Shown here: positions 27,895 to 39,700 of the stretch, piece by piece
Layout: the number at the start of each line of letters is the position of its first letter
How positions within the stretch are numbered: the stretch's first letter is position 1
Position numbers and translations under genes: made by a program
Assembly (NCBI GenBank): GCA_964291235.2
Contig: OZ219815.1
Coordinates: forward strand, 704,001-768,000
DNA from: Vicinamibacteria bacterium
GTDB lineage: Bacteria > Acidobacteriota > Vicinamibacteria > Marinacidobacterales > Marinacidobacteraceae
Direction of reading: 5' to 3'
Length of the DNA stretch: 64,000 bases
The notes under the pieces: model-generated
Database searches by the model: none
Told to the model about the DNA's origin: nothing
The model's input: the letters and a program-made list of their open reading frames with translations, nothing else

Positions 27895-29760
27895 CTATCT
27901 CGGATTCACTCGGCGGCTGTCGGACGGGAAACTCTCGTTCGGTGGTTCGGCGCCGTCCACCGCGCTGACGGCGTAGCGATAGCGACCTCGGGGGTCGCGC
28001 TCGGCGTCGCTGAAAGTCGTCTGCCCGAGAGGTGATCTCGTGAGGCGCTCGAACCCGGTGCCGTCCGGGCCCGAGCGGTAAACGTGGTATCCGACGACAT
28101 CGGGGGTGGTTGACTCATTCCAACTGAGGTCGGTCTGTTCCGCCCGCCAGAAGAGTCGGAGATCCGAGGGCGGCAACGGCGGGAAAGTGTCCACCGGCGT
28201 GACGCACGCCTCTGCCGAAGTCGGTCCGACGCTGATCGCGCCGGCGCCGGCGCCGGGCACGCGAATCGGGATGGGACTCCAGGGCTCCTCTTCGGATGGC
28301 GCTTCCTCGACCGGGACGGGCGGCTCCTCGGCCGTGGGCGGCATTTCCTCGGTCGGGGCCAGCGATTCCTCGGCCAGGGCCGGCACCTCCTCGGCCACTT
28401 CTCCGGCCGGGGCCGGCATTTCCTCGGCCGGGGCCGGCATTTCCTCGGCTGGGGCCGGCGCTTCCTCCGCAGATTCGTCCGCAGCGTCCGCCGCTTCCGC
28501 GATCGCGGCGGCGGGCGGGCCATCCACCACCCCCGGCCCGGGGTCCGCGAGAACCCTTTCCTCGTCGCCCCCCGCCATGACGAGTCGAGCGCTGTAGCAA
28601 ACCTCTTCCCCCCAGATCACATCGGCGTCCGTCCGGTTCGGTCCGCGGGCTCGCCCCAGGAGTTCCGGTTCGGCGCCGCGTCTGCGGAAGACTTCGAACG
28701 TCGGATCAGACAGGAAGGGCGCTCCCTCCAGGAGGCCCCGGGGATCCTGCCACTGCACCGTCAACTCGCGAGGGCCGACTTCGACGCTGACCCCCTCCAC
28801 CGCCGGAATCGTGCCGGTGATGTCGAGCGACCGCGGTTCGCTTTCCTCGCTGGCGCCGCCGCGCGCCTCGTAGCGGACCCGTACTTCCAACCGGCGGCCG
28901 ATCCACTCCGGTTCCACCGGCAACTCGAGCATCCGCTCCTCTCCCACAACCTCCGATTCGATCTCGGACAGGAGTTCGAATTCGAGGTCTTCGTAGTCGA
29001 GAACCACTCCGGTCGGCTCGGGATCCGGTTCGGGCTCGTCGGCTTCCTCGCCGGGGGCCTCTTCGGCCTCGGGGTCTCCGCCCTCCGGATCTTCGGGAGT
29101 CTCCTGGTCCGCTTCGGGCTCCTGATCCGCCGGAGCCGGCTCTTCGGCCGGAAGAACTTCCGGCTCCGCTTCGTCGGCGATCTCTACCTCCGGCAGCGGC
29201 TCCCCAGCCGGTGCGTCTTCCCCTTCTGGTTCGACTGGCTCCGGCTCGGCCGGCTCCGGCTCGGCCAGGTCAGGCTCGGCTGGCTCCGGTTCGGCCAGGT
29301 CAGGCTCGGCTGGCTCCGGTTCGGCCAGGTCAGGCTCGGCTGGCTCCGGTTCTACGGGCACGGCCTCCGGCGGCGCGGATTCGCCGGCCTCGACCGGAGT
29401 GTCTTCGCCGACAGCCGTCTCCGTAGTCTCTTCCTCCTCCGGCCCGGCGCGTTGGGAGGCGCGCTCCTCGGCAGCCAACTCTCGGATGTCCACCAACCGG
29501 TAGGAAACGATCGCCCGCCGCAACCGCAAATCCTCGACATCCCCCCCGGACGAAAGCCGCGGCGCGTACCAATGAATCACGACCTGGCCGCCTTCCTGCC
29601 GCAGCGGCAGGAGCCGCGGCGCCTCGGGGTCCACCTGTTCCGGCGGCAGCGGGGGTCCGCGTCGCCCGCACCCCACCCCGCCGGCGGCGAGGGCCACCGC
29701 GAGCAACGCCATCGCGGTTCCGGTCAATGGACCGGACACACGAGTTGCAGCGGATTTCAT
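27895..29760 (-). CDS. Lipoprotein with fibronectin-III-like domains and acidic Pro/Glu/Ala repeat linkers
   Basis: Lipobox GVG|CGRRGPPLPP; FN3 motifs LSWNES..DVVGYHVYRS..YRYAVSAVD..NES.PS. Confidence 0.8.
   Translation of the reverse strand: MKSAATRVSGPLTGTAMALLAVALAAGGVGCGRRGPPLPPEQVDPEAPRLLPLRQEGGQVVIHWYAPRLSSGGDVEDLRLRRAIVSYRLVDIRELAAEERASQRAGPEEEETTETAVGEDTPVEAGESAPPEAVPVEPEPAEPDLAEPEPAEPDLAEPEPAEPDLAEPEPAEPEPVEPEGEDAPAGEPLPEVEIADEAEPEVLPAEEPAPADQEPEADQETPEDPEGGDPEAEEAPGEEADEPEPDPEPTGVVLDYEDLEFELLSEIESEVVGEERMLELPVEPEWIGRRLEVRVRYEARGGASEESEPRSLDITGTIPAVEGVSVEVGPRELTVQWQDPRGLLEGAPFLSDPTFEVFRRRGAEPELLGRARGPNRTDADVIWGEEVCYSARLVMAGGDEERVLADPGPGVVDGPPAAAIAEAADAADESAEEAPAPAEEMPAPAEEMPAPAGEVAEEVPALAEESLAPTEEMPPTAEEPPVPVEEAPSEEEPWSPIPIRVPGAGAGAISVGPTSAEACVTPVDTFPPLPPSDLRLFWRAEQTDLSWNESTTPDVVGYHVYRSGPDGTGFERLTRSPLGQTTFSDAERDPRGRYRYAVSAVDGAEPPNESFPSDSRRVNPR
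28300..28470 (-). repeat. Degenerate 21-bp coding tandem repeat (EEMPAPA-type)
   Basis: EEAPAPA EEMPAPA EEMPAPA ... EEVPALA EESLAPT EEMPPTA EEPPVPV. Confidence 0.8.
29252..29352 (-). repeat. 30-bp coding tandem repeat x3 (EPEPAEPDLA)
   Basis: GGCTCCGGYTCGGCCAGGTCAGGCTCGGCT repeated three times, nearly perfect. Confidence 0.92.
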
Positions 29761-29794
29761 CGAGCGCCGGCAATCCGCCGGGAATCGGAGATCT

Positions 29795-31216
<1,422 letters not shown>

Positions 31217-31240
31217 TGCGGGGAGATACTCGATCAGGAT

Positions 31241-31813
31241 TCAGACCTCTTCCAGGACCACGTGACCGTTCGTGTAGATACAGATCCCGTCGGTGACCCG
31301 CATCGCTTCCTCGGCGATCTCGCGCGCCGACAGTTCGGTTCTGGACGCCAGAGCTCTCGCCGCCGCCATGGCGAAAGGCGCACCGGCGCCGATCGCCATG
31401 ATGCCGTCATCGGGCTGCATGAGGTCACCGTCGCCCGACAGCAGGAACACATGGTCCTTGTTGGCAACGAGCAGGAGGGCGTCCAGATGGCGGAGCACCC
31501 GGTCCGTGCGCCAGTCCTGGGCGAGTTCCACACATGCCCGTTCCAGGTTTCCTCGATGCGCTTCGAGTTTCGTTTCGAATTTGGCGAACAGCGCCTGAGC
31601 GTCCGCGGTGGCTCCCGCGAAGCCTGCCAGCACCGCCCCTTCGCACATCCGGCGCAGCTTGCGCGCACCGTGCTTCACGACGATGTCCCCGAGGGTGACC
31701 TGCCCGTCGGCGGCCAGGGTGGTTTTCCCTTCGCGGCGCACGGCCAGAACGGTCGTGGAATGGAACGGGGACGACACGGAATCTGATGCAGAGCCCCCGC
31801 GGGCCGGGACCAT
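31241..31813 (-). CDS. hslV: ATP-dependent protease peptidase subunit HslV
   Basis: TTVLAVRR..AADGQVTLG, GFAGATADA, DWRTDR, ICIYTN; start uncertain. Confidence 0.95.
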   Translation of the reverse strand: MVPARGGSASDSVSSPFHSTTVLAVRREGKTTLAADGQVTLGDIVVKHGARKLRRMCEGAVLAGFAGATADAQALFAKFETKLEAHRGNLERACVELAQDWRTDRVLRHLDALLLVANKDHVFLLSGDGDLMQPDDGIMAIGAGAPFAMAAARALASRTELSAREIAEEAMRVTDGICIYTNGHVVLEEV

Positions 31814-31970
31814 CGTGAAGCCGCGCTCAACCCGCCGATCGCAGGTAACCGCATGCGGTTTTACACACGGGGAGTCAGGCAGTATAGCGGGGGGCCCGGC
31901 CACTGTAATCCGTGAATGACAGCGGTCGAACGAGGCCCCCGCGACCGGAGCCGAGGGTTACGCTTGGCAG

Positions 31971-32357
31971 GTGAGGTTGCTCTTTTGGGTCGTCGTCGTC
32001 AGCGGCGTTTACGACGTTCTCCTCGGTGGCGCGCTGCTCTTCGCTCTTGAAGAAGTCCGGCAACTGTTCGGGACCGAACCACCACTGTTCCCGATCCATG
32101 CAAATCTCAACGGCCTCTTCGCACTCGCCGTCGGCCTCGGGTATTTCGCGATCCTGAAGAACCTGGAAGCGAACCGCTGGTACGTCTGGATCATGGGACC
32201 CGTGCTCAAGGGCGGGGGGGCGCTGCTGTTCGTGCTGGACTTCCTGGTGCGGGATTCCCCTCCCGCGTTCCTGGCGTTCGCCGCTGCGGACGGCGCCCTC
32301 GCGGCCGTTACCGCGGCCGCGCTGGTCGGATCGGCGGCGGGCAGCCGCACCCGATGA
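31971..32357 (+). CDS. Small multi-TM membrane protein
   Basis: About four hydrophobic segments in 128 aa. Confidence 0.75.
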   Translation: MRLLFWVVVVSGVYDVLLGGALLFALEEVRQLFGTEPPLFPIHANLNGLFALAVGLGYFAILKNLEANRWYVWIMGPVLKGGGALLFVLDFLVRDSPPAFLAFAAADGALAAVTAAALVGSAAGSRTR

Positions 32358-32412
32358 GAAAGGGGATCGGGTGCGGGTCGATTGGCAATAGACTCCCCCG
32401 CCCTCGCCGCCG

Positions 32413-33114
32413 ATGGACTCCTGGGAACTGCTGCGCCGCCTCGCGGCCGCGAGTCCCGACGACCCGCTCTGGACGGTCCTCTTCCAGCGCTGCGATGTCC
32501 TGATCCGAACCGCGCTGCGCTCGCAGTTCGCAGGCCGCCGGCGGCCGGATGTCGGGCAACTGGATGATCTGGCCCAGGATGTGATGGAGAGGCTGCTGGT
32601 CGACGGGCGCAAGGTGATTACGCGTTTCTCCGGAACGCGGGACGAGATTTTCTCCGCCTACATCCGCCGGATCGCGGAGAACATTCTGCTGGACCAGTTC
32701 CGGCGCAGTTCGCAACGCCAGGCGGTGGAGACGTCGTTTCCCTCCGACGAGCCCTGGCGATTCGAAGCCGCCCTCGCGGAGAGTCCGATCGACAACGTCG
32801 GCGGCGACCCGGCATCCGGTGTGGAACTGCGCGAGATGACGGAGCGCGTCGAGCAGGTCTTGAGCCGCATCTCCCTCGATGACCGGCAGCGAGCTCAGAA
32901 CCGGCTCCTCTTCCAGCTCTACTTCCGAGACGGCTGCAGCATTCCCCAGATCGCCCGGCTCCGGGCCGTGGCGCTCAGCGCATCTTCGGTAGCCCGACGG
33001 ATCACCCTGATCCGCAAGGAACTACGGACGTCGTTCGCAGCGCGGCGCCTGTCGGCCGAGACCCGGCCCACCGGAGAGCCCCGCCGCCGGACAACCTGGC
33101 GGAAAACGCGCTGA
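32413..33114 (+). CDS. ECF-type sigma-70 factor-like protein
   Basis: Region 2 DDLAQDV...FSAYIRRIAENILLDQFRR; region 4-like LFQLYFRDGCSIPQIA. Confidence 0.75.
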   Translation: MDSWELLRRLAAASPDDPLWTVLFQRCDVLIRTALRSQFAGRRRPDVGQLDDLAQDVMERLLVDGRKVITRFSGTRDEIFSAYIRRIAENILLDQFRRSSQRQAVETSFPSDEPWRFEAALAESPIDNVGGDPASGVELREMTERVEQVLSRISLDDRQRAQNRLLFQLYFRDGCSIPQIARLRAVALSASSVARRITLIRKELRTSFAARRLSAETRPTGEPRRRTTWRKTR

Positions 33115-33139
33115 CGGCCTGAGGCCGCGGGACCGGTGA

Positions 33140-34510
33140 TCAGGCGGGCCGGGGTTTGCCGGTCGTTCCGGCACTGAGGCCGATCATGAGGTCCATGACG
33201 TTCGTCCCCGTCGGGCCGGTGATCAGCAGGTCGCCCGTCTCCTGAAACAGCGACCAGGAATCGTTGTTCCCGAGCGTCGCCACCGGATCCCGACCCCTTT
33301 CGCGAGCCCGAGCCCAGGACCTCCCGTCGGCGAAGGCCCCCGCGGCGTTCGTCGGACCATCGGTTCCGTCCGTACCCGCCGCCAGGAGAGCCACACCGGA
33401 AACGCCTTCCAGTTCTTCCGCGGCGACCAGCGCGAACTCCTGACTCCGTCCCCCCCGGCCATCCCCCGTAACCTGGAGCGTCAGTTCTCCTCCCGCGACC
33501 AGCGCGGAAGGGCCCGCCGCCGATCCGAGCTCGGCCAGCCGGCGAGCGAAGCGGTGCGCGGTGGCGTGCACGCCGCCGACGAGGTCCCGGCCAAAGATCT
33601 CGGTCCGGTAGCCGAGGCGGGACGCCTCCGCCAGGGCCGCCTGCAGCGAGTGGAAGTTGCTCGCCACGATGTGGTGGGGAACGCCGTCAGCGGGGGTGTC
33701 GGGGGTTTCTGCAACTCTTCCCGCCGCCCCCTCGCGGAGCCGGTGGATCACCCCTTCCGGAACGCGGCCGGACAGCCCGAATTTCTCCAAGACCCCGAGT
33801 GCCTCGCCGAAGGTCGTCGGGTCGGCCGTGGCGGGCCCCGAGCCGATGGAGGTCAACTGGTCGCCGATGACGTCCGAAATCACGAGCGCCGCGGATCGCC
33901 CGGGGGGAAGCAGCGGTATCAACCCGCCTCCCTTGACTCGCGAGAGGTGCTTGCGGACGGTGTTCATTTCGTGGATATCGGCGCCGCAGGCGAGCAACAG
34001 GGAACTCACCCGCGACTTGTCGTCCAGAGTGATGCCGGCCGCGGGGGCGACCAGGAGCGCGGAGGCGCCCCCGGTCAGCAACACGAGGATCCGGCCCTTC
34101 CCCCCGTGCCCGCGGAGGTCTTCGAGCAGCCTCCCGGTCGCCGCGACCGAGTCGGCGTCCGGCACCGGATGTCCGGCCTCCTCGATCGTCACCCCGGGAA
34201 CCGCAAGCCCGTGACCGTGCTTGACGATGATCCTCCCGCCGATGGCTTCTCCGCTGAGCCGTCGCTGAACGCCCCGTGCGAGAGCGGCAGCCGCCTTCCC
34301 GGCGCCGAACAGGAAGACGGGCTCTCCCGCCGCCCGCGGAGGGGGCAGCAGCGGTTCTCCCCGAACGGTCCACCCGGAAACCACGTCTCCCCGGAGATCC
34401 CGCTCCAGAATCCGCTCGGGATCGGCCGCGCGGAGCGCCGCCCGGTGAATGGCCAAGAGGTCCCGGCGGAGTGGATCGGAAGCTGCGTGCCGTCCCTCGG
34501 AATCCGTCAA
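33140..34510 (-). CDS. Glycerate 2-kinase (TtuD/DUF4147-MOFRL family)
   Basis: GAGKAA, EAGHPVPD, TGGASAL, RKHLSRVKGG, ISDVIGD, GTDGTDG, TGPTGTNVMDL; start approximate. Confidence 0.92.
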   Translation of the reverse strand: MTDSEGRHAASDPLRRDLLAIHRAALRAADPERILERDLRGDVVSGWTVRGEPLLPPPRAAGEPVFLFGAGKAAAALARGVQRRLSGEAIGGRIIVKHGHGLAVPGVTIEEAGHPVPDADSVAATGRLLEDLRGHGGKGRILVLLTGGASALLVAPAAGITLDDKSRVSSLLLACGADIHEMNTVRKHLSRVKGGGLIPLLPPGRSAALVISDVIGDQLTSIGSGPATADPTTFGEALGVLEKFGLSGRVPEGVIHRLREGAAGRVAETPDTPADGVPHHIVASNFHSLQAALAEASRLGYRTEIFGRDLVGGVHATAHRFARRLAELGSAAGPSALVAGGELTLQVTGDGRGGRSQEFALVAAEELEGVSGVALLAAGTDGTDGPTNAAGAFADGRSWARARERGRDPVATLGNNDSWSLFQETGDLLITGPTGTNVMDLMIGLSAGTTGKPRPA

Positions 34511-34744
34511 TTGCCTTCTCCCGGCCGAGCCTTGGGAACCGCGAAACCCGGCAGTCCGGCAGTTAGAGTTCCCCGGTGAACGAGCCGGCGGCGACGGGCG
34601 GACAGAACCCGAAGCGCTGGCACTTCGTATTGGCATTCGCGCCCATCGCCCTGGCGCTGCTCGCCCTCGGGGGCCTCCTCTGGTTCCACTGCGGAACGGT
34701 TTGAGAAAACGGCAGCCACGCCCGGGCCCGCGCAAGGAGAAACC

Positions 34745-35746
34745 ATGTCAACCAGTCAATGGTACGTAGCCGAAGGCGGGCGGAGTCTGGGCCCGTTCTC
34801 CACGGCCGATGTCCTGCAGTCCCTCCGGACCGGCCGCTGGACCGCGGCCACTCTCGTCTGCCCGCTCGGAGAGAGCTCCTGGACTCCCGTTTCCGGAGTC
34901 CCGGACCTGCAGGCCGCCATCGGCGCCGGCTCGGCGCCGCCCCGTCCTCCGGCGCCGCGCCGGATGCACGAGGTGGACTACCGGATCGTCGGTGAGGAAA
35001 TGCAGTTCGTCGAAATCGAGCTGGATCCCCGCGAAGGGGCCATCGCCGAAGCAGGCGCCATGATGTTCATGAGCTCGGGAATCGAGATGCAGACCATCTT
35101 CGGCACGGGCGGCGAGCAGGGTTTCATGGACAAGGTGCTCGGCGCCGGGAAACGGCTGCTGACTGGCGAGAGCCTCTTCATGACCGAGTTCGTGAACCAG
35201 GGCGCCGGGAAGCAGCACGTAGCGTTCGCCTCGCCCTATCCGGGCAAGATCCTGCCAGTGCAGCTCGACGAGCTCGGTGGCCGCCTCATCGCGCAGAAGG
35301 ACGCCTTCCTGTGCGGCGCCAAAGGCGTCTCGATCGGTATCGCGTTTCAGCGGAAGATCGGAACGGCGCTCTTCGGCGGCGAGGGTTTCATCATGCAGTC
35401 GCTCGAGGGCGACGGCCTGGCCTTCCTGCACGCCGGCGGCACGATCATCAAGAAGGAACTGGCAGCCGGCGAGAACCTGCGGGTGGACACCGGCTGCCTG
35501 GTCGCGCTCGCGCCCTCGGTGAACTACGACATCGAGTTCGTGGGAGGAGTCAAGTCGGCCATTTTCGGCGGGGAAGGATTCTTCTTCGCGAGCCTTACCG
35601 GACCGGGGTGGGTCTGGCTGCAATCGCTGCCGTTCAGCCGCCTCGCCGGTCGCATCCACCAGGCCGCGCCGCAGACCGGCGGCGGCGGCAAGGGAGAGGG
35701 ATCGCTCCTCGGCCGGCTCTCCGGCGTCGGCTGGGACGGGAATTGA
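34745..35746 (+). CDS. TIGR00266/AIM24 family protein with N-terminal GYF_2 (DUF4339) domain
   Basis: WYVAEGGRSLGPFS...W; GEEMQFVEIELDP, FGGEGF, VWLQSLPFSRLA; AAGGAG RBS. Confidence 0.9.
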   Translation: MSTSQWYVAEGGRSLGPFSTADVLQSLRTGRWTAATLVCPLGESSWTPVSGVPDLQAAIGAGSAPPRPPAPRRMHEVDYRIVGEEMQFVEIELDPREGAIAEAGAMMFMSSGIEMQTIFGTGGEQGFMDKVLGAGKRLLTGESLFMTEFVNQGAGKQHVAFASPYPGKILPVQLDELGGRLIAQKDAFLCGAKGVSIGIAFQRKIGTALFGGEGFIMQSLEGDGLAFLHAGGTIIKKELAAGENLRVDTGCLVALAPSVNYDIEFVGGVKSAIFGGEGFFFASLTGPGWVWLQSLPFSRLAGRIHQAAPQTGGGGKGEGSLLGRLSGVGWDGN

Positions 35747-35884
35747 CAGCCCGTGACGGAAGCACCCCGCGCGGTTACCGCCGCGGTCCCCGCACCAGTC
35801 GGAACAGTCGGGCTGTGGGCGGGGCGCTCCCGCCACGGGCCGAATGTCCTGGATCGCTGCGCGATCCGGCCATTCCTCTTCTGT

Positions 35885-35917
35885 GGGGAGGGGAAACCCC
35901 TCCCCACACCCCTCCCC
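35885..35917 (+). repeat. Potential intrastrand triplex motif
   Basis: GGGGAGGGG-AAA-CCCCTCCCC-ACA-CCCCTCCCC. Confidence 0.65.
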
Positions 35918-36029
35918 CGCGGCGCTGCGCGCCGCGATTCCGGCCGGAGAACGGCGCACCGCTCACCGCCGCATAGGTGGCGCTGCGACATGCTGCTGGG
36001 CAGCGGCGCGATCATGAACGAACAGATTG

Positions 36030-36081
36030 GGGAGTTTCGCTTCGCTGTGCGAAGCGATGCCGGCCTGGAGGCCGGCGCTCC
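36030..36081 (+). repeat. REP-like two-hairpin element
   Basis: GGGAGTT-TCGCTTCGC(TGT)GCGAAGCGA-TGCCGGCC(TGGA)GGCCGGC-GCTCC. Confidence 0.8.
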
Positions 36082-36105
36082 TTGCGCTCCTCAGGCTGCT
36101 AGCAA

Positions 36106-36708
36106 TTGACGGAACACGCCATCTCCCCGGACGCCGGCGCCTTTCTGGAGGCCTTCAGTTGGGACGGATGGATTCCCGACGAACGGGCCACGTTGCTCTT
36201 CGTGGTGCGCAACGGTCGGATCCTGCTGATCGAGAAGCATCGCGGGCTCGGCCGGGGGAAGATCAATGGTCCGGGGGGGCGTCTGGAACCGGGAGAGAGC
36301 CCGCGGGCGGCGGCCATCCGGGAAGTGGAAGAAGAGATCCGGATTCATCCCACCGGAATCCGCCCGGCCGGGGAGCTCCGGTTCCAGTTCGTGAACGGGT
36401 ATTCGATTCACGTCTATGTGTTCCGCGCCGACGGGTTTGTCGGCGAACCGGAGCCCACGGTCGAGGCGACGCCGGTCTGGGCCGACGTGGAATCGATTCC
36501 CTACGAACGGATGTGGGAAGACGACGTCGTCTGGTTACCGCTGCTCCTGCGCAACCAGCCCTTCGCCGGCCGTTTCGTGTTCGACGACGATGTCATGCTC
36601 ACGAACGAGATCGAACTCCGCGCCGTCCCGTCCTTCCACCCCGGAGAACCGGCCCCGCCGGGTCAGCAAACGCCGGGGCTCTCCGGCTCGGGGGCCGGAG
36701 CGAAGTAG
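36106..36708 (+). CDS. NUDIX hydrolase, MTH1-like 8-oxo-dGTPase
   Basis: KHRGLGRGKINGPGGRLEPGE..AAIREVEEE, IPYERMWEDD..WLP. Confidence 0.88.
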   Translation: MTEHAISPDAGAFLEAFSWDGWIPDERATLLFVVRNGRILLIEKHRGLGRGKINGPGGRLEPGESPRAAAIREVEEEIRIHPTGIRPAGELRFQFVNGYSIHVYVFRADGFVGEPEPTVEATPVWADVESIPYERMWEDDVVWLPLLLRNQPFAGRFVFDDDVMLTNEIELRAVPSFHPGEPAPPGQQTPGLSGSGAGAK

Positions 36709-36722
36709 TTCGCTCCGGCCCC
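36691..36722. terminator. 14-bp perfect hairpin between convergent genes
   Basis: GGGGCCGGAGCGAA-GTAG-TTCGCTCCGGCCCC overlapping the NUDIX stop codon. Confidence 0.55.
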
Positions 36723-36753
36723 GGACGGAACGAATCCCGCCGGGAACGGGACG

Positions 36754-39700
36754 CTATTCCGGGGTCTTCCAGCGGTCCTTGTCCACCGCGTCGGCGCCGG
36801 AATCGGTGATTTTGGCGTTCAGGGCGCCGAGACGCTCGCCGAGCAAGCCTCCGAGCCGCCCCAGGTGCTGATCCAGCTCGCCTGACAACTCCTCGAACAC
36901 GGCGTAGGCGCCATCCGTTGGCTTCGCGTCCCCGTTTTCCACGCTGCGGCGAAGCGACGCGAGTCGGTTGTTCAGGCGAATCGGGAAGTTCAGCGGATCC
37001 TGATTGCTGCGATTCCTGGTCTGGTAGAGGGCTTCCTCGACCTCGGTCATTTCTTCGATCAAGCGGCCCCCGTCGGCAATCACTCCCTCATCGGAGGATC
37101 CTTCCAGGCGCTCCTCAAGCTGCGTGCGAACGTCCCGGATCTGGATCACGGCCTCGTTCGCCTCGGAGGTCCGGTCCCGGATTTGGCTGGCGAGTTCGAA
37201 CTGCTCCACCAGGTCGGCGGTGGTCACGCCTTCGAGGCGGGGATCGGCAATCAGCGTCAGGCTCGTGGTCTCGGTGACGCCGGCGGCGGCGACGCTCACC
37301 TGGTAGTCGCCCGGAGGCGCCTTCGGACCGCTGGTGGCCCGGGCGCTCCAGAGGATCATGCCGTCGAACTCGACGGCGCCCTGGTACCGGCCGTTCCAGA
37401 CGAATCGGTTGAGCCCCTTCCCGGTGGTCGGCTCGGAGGAACGCCGGGCCCGGAACCAGGAGAAGTCCGGCTCGGCCTCGAAGTCCGGTTCGGTGCCTTC
37501 GAAGCGATCCACGAGCGTCCCGTTCGCGTCCTGGATTTCAATGACAACCGAGTCCACTTCCTCGGCGAGGTGGTACTGGATGATGGCGTCCTGGACTCCG
37601 CGCACCGCCCGGTCGGGATCGAAGAGCGTCAGGGTGGCGTTGAGGGACTCGGCGGTGAACTGCCGGAGCGGCTGGATGTCGTCCAGAATCCAGAACCCGC
37701 GCCCGTGGGTGCCGAGCACGACGTCGGCGTCCTTCACGACCAGATCCCGGATGGGGGTATCGGGAAGGTTCTGCTGCAGCGACATCCAGTGATCGCCGGC
37801 GTCCCAGGACGCGTACACCCCGTGTTCGGTCCCCAGGAACAGCAGTCCCTGCCGTTCCGGATCCTCGCGAACCGCGCGGGCGAAGTGTCCCGGGGCAATC
37901 CCGTCCACGATCTTCGTCCAGGTCGCACCGTAGTCGGTGGTGCGGAAGACGTAGGGCTCTCGATCGTCCACCTGATAGCGATTGGCTGCCACGAAGATCG
38001 TGCCGGGCTGGTGGGAGGACTCTTCGATGATGCTGACCCGGCTGAACTTCGGCAGATCGGCGGGAGTGATCTCGGTCCAGTTCGCCCCGTGATCGCGGGT
38101 GACGTGGATGCGCCCGTCGTCCGAGCCCGCCCAGATCGTGTTCACGTCGTGCTGCGAAGGGGCGACGGCAAAGATGGTGGCGTAGATCTCGGGGCCGTTC
38201 ATGTCCATCGTGATCACGCCCCCGGTTTCACCGAGCGTCTCCGGATCGGCGTAGGTGAGGTCGGGGCTGATCTTCGTCCAGGACTGGCCGTCATCGGTAG
38301 TCAGGTAGAGAAACTGCGAACTCGTGTAAAGCCGGTTCTCGTCGAGCGGCGAGAAGATGATCGGGAAGGTCCACTGCCAGCGATCGGGGAGCGCGCTCGC
38401 CGGCTCGCCCGAAAAGAACCGCGGATACACCTGGATGTCGCGGATCTGGCCGTTCGCGCGGTTGTAGCGGGTCAGCAGCGCGCCCTGGCTGCCGGCGTAG
38501 AAGACGTCCAGGTTGGAGGGATGCTGGGTGATGTAACCGCTCTCGCCGCCGCCGGCATCGTAGTACCAGCGGCTACCCGGCCCCCGCGCCTGCATATGGT
38601 CCCAACCCTCGCTCGGCGTGCAGAGCGTGGTGTTGTCCTGCTGGGCGCCGCAGACGTGGTACGGAAAGTCGTTCGTCACGTTCACGTGGTAGAGCTGGGT
38701 CGTCGAATACGCCTGACCCGTCCATGTTTCCCCTCCGTTGACGCTGACGTTTCCGCCGCCGTCGTTCGAGTTGCACATGCGCAGAGGGTTGTTGGGATCG
38801 ATCCAGAGATCGTGCTGGTCTCCGTGCGGCGGCCGGATTACGTGGTCGAAGGTCTCGCCCCCGTCCATCGACTTGTAGAACCCGGTGTTCAGGGCGTACA
38901 CCGTGTCCACGTCCACGGGGTCGGCGTAGATTCGCGAGTAGTAAAAGGCGCGCTGGCGCAGCTTGCGCTCGTTGTTGGTGAGCCGCCAGGTGGCGCCCGC
39001 GTCGTCCGACCGGAACACGCCGCCCTCCGGGGCCTCCACGATCGCCCAGACCCGGTCCGGATTCGCCGGCGAAACGGTGACGCCGATCTTGCCGATGGGC
39101 CCTTCCGGCATTCCCGGGTTTTGGGTGAGTTCCGTCCAGGTGTCTCCGCCGTCTTCCGAGCGGTAGAGCCCCGAGTCGGGGCCGCCGCCCCACATCTTCC
39201 AGGCCTTGCGGTACACCTGCCAGATGCTGGCGTAGAGCACGTTCGGGTTCGTCCGATCGATGATGAGGTCGGCCGCCCCGGCGCCCGGGCTCACAAACAG
39301 CACTCGCTCCCAGGTCGCTCCACCGTCGCGCGAGCGGAAAACCCCGCGCTCCTCGTTGTCCCCGTACGGGTGCCCGAGCGCCGCCACATAGACGATGTCG
39401 GGGTTCACCGGATGGATCCGGATGCGGGCAACGGCCTGGGTTTCGCGCAGGCCGACGTGGCGCCAGGTCTCTCCGCCGTCCGAACTCTTGTAAACGCCGT
39501 CGCCCTGGGTGATGCTGCCCCGCAGCTGCGTTTCTCCGCCGCCGATGAAGACCACGTCGGGGTTTGTTTCCGCTACCGCGACCGCTCCGATCGAAGAACT
39601 GGAAATCTGGCCGTCCGTCACCGGAAACCAGGTCGTCCCCGAGTCAACGGTCTTCCAGAGCCCGCCTCCGGTCGCCCCGAAGTAGTACTCGTGGCGCCGG

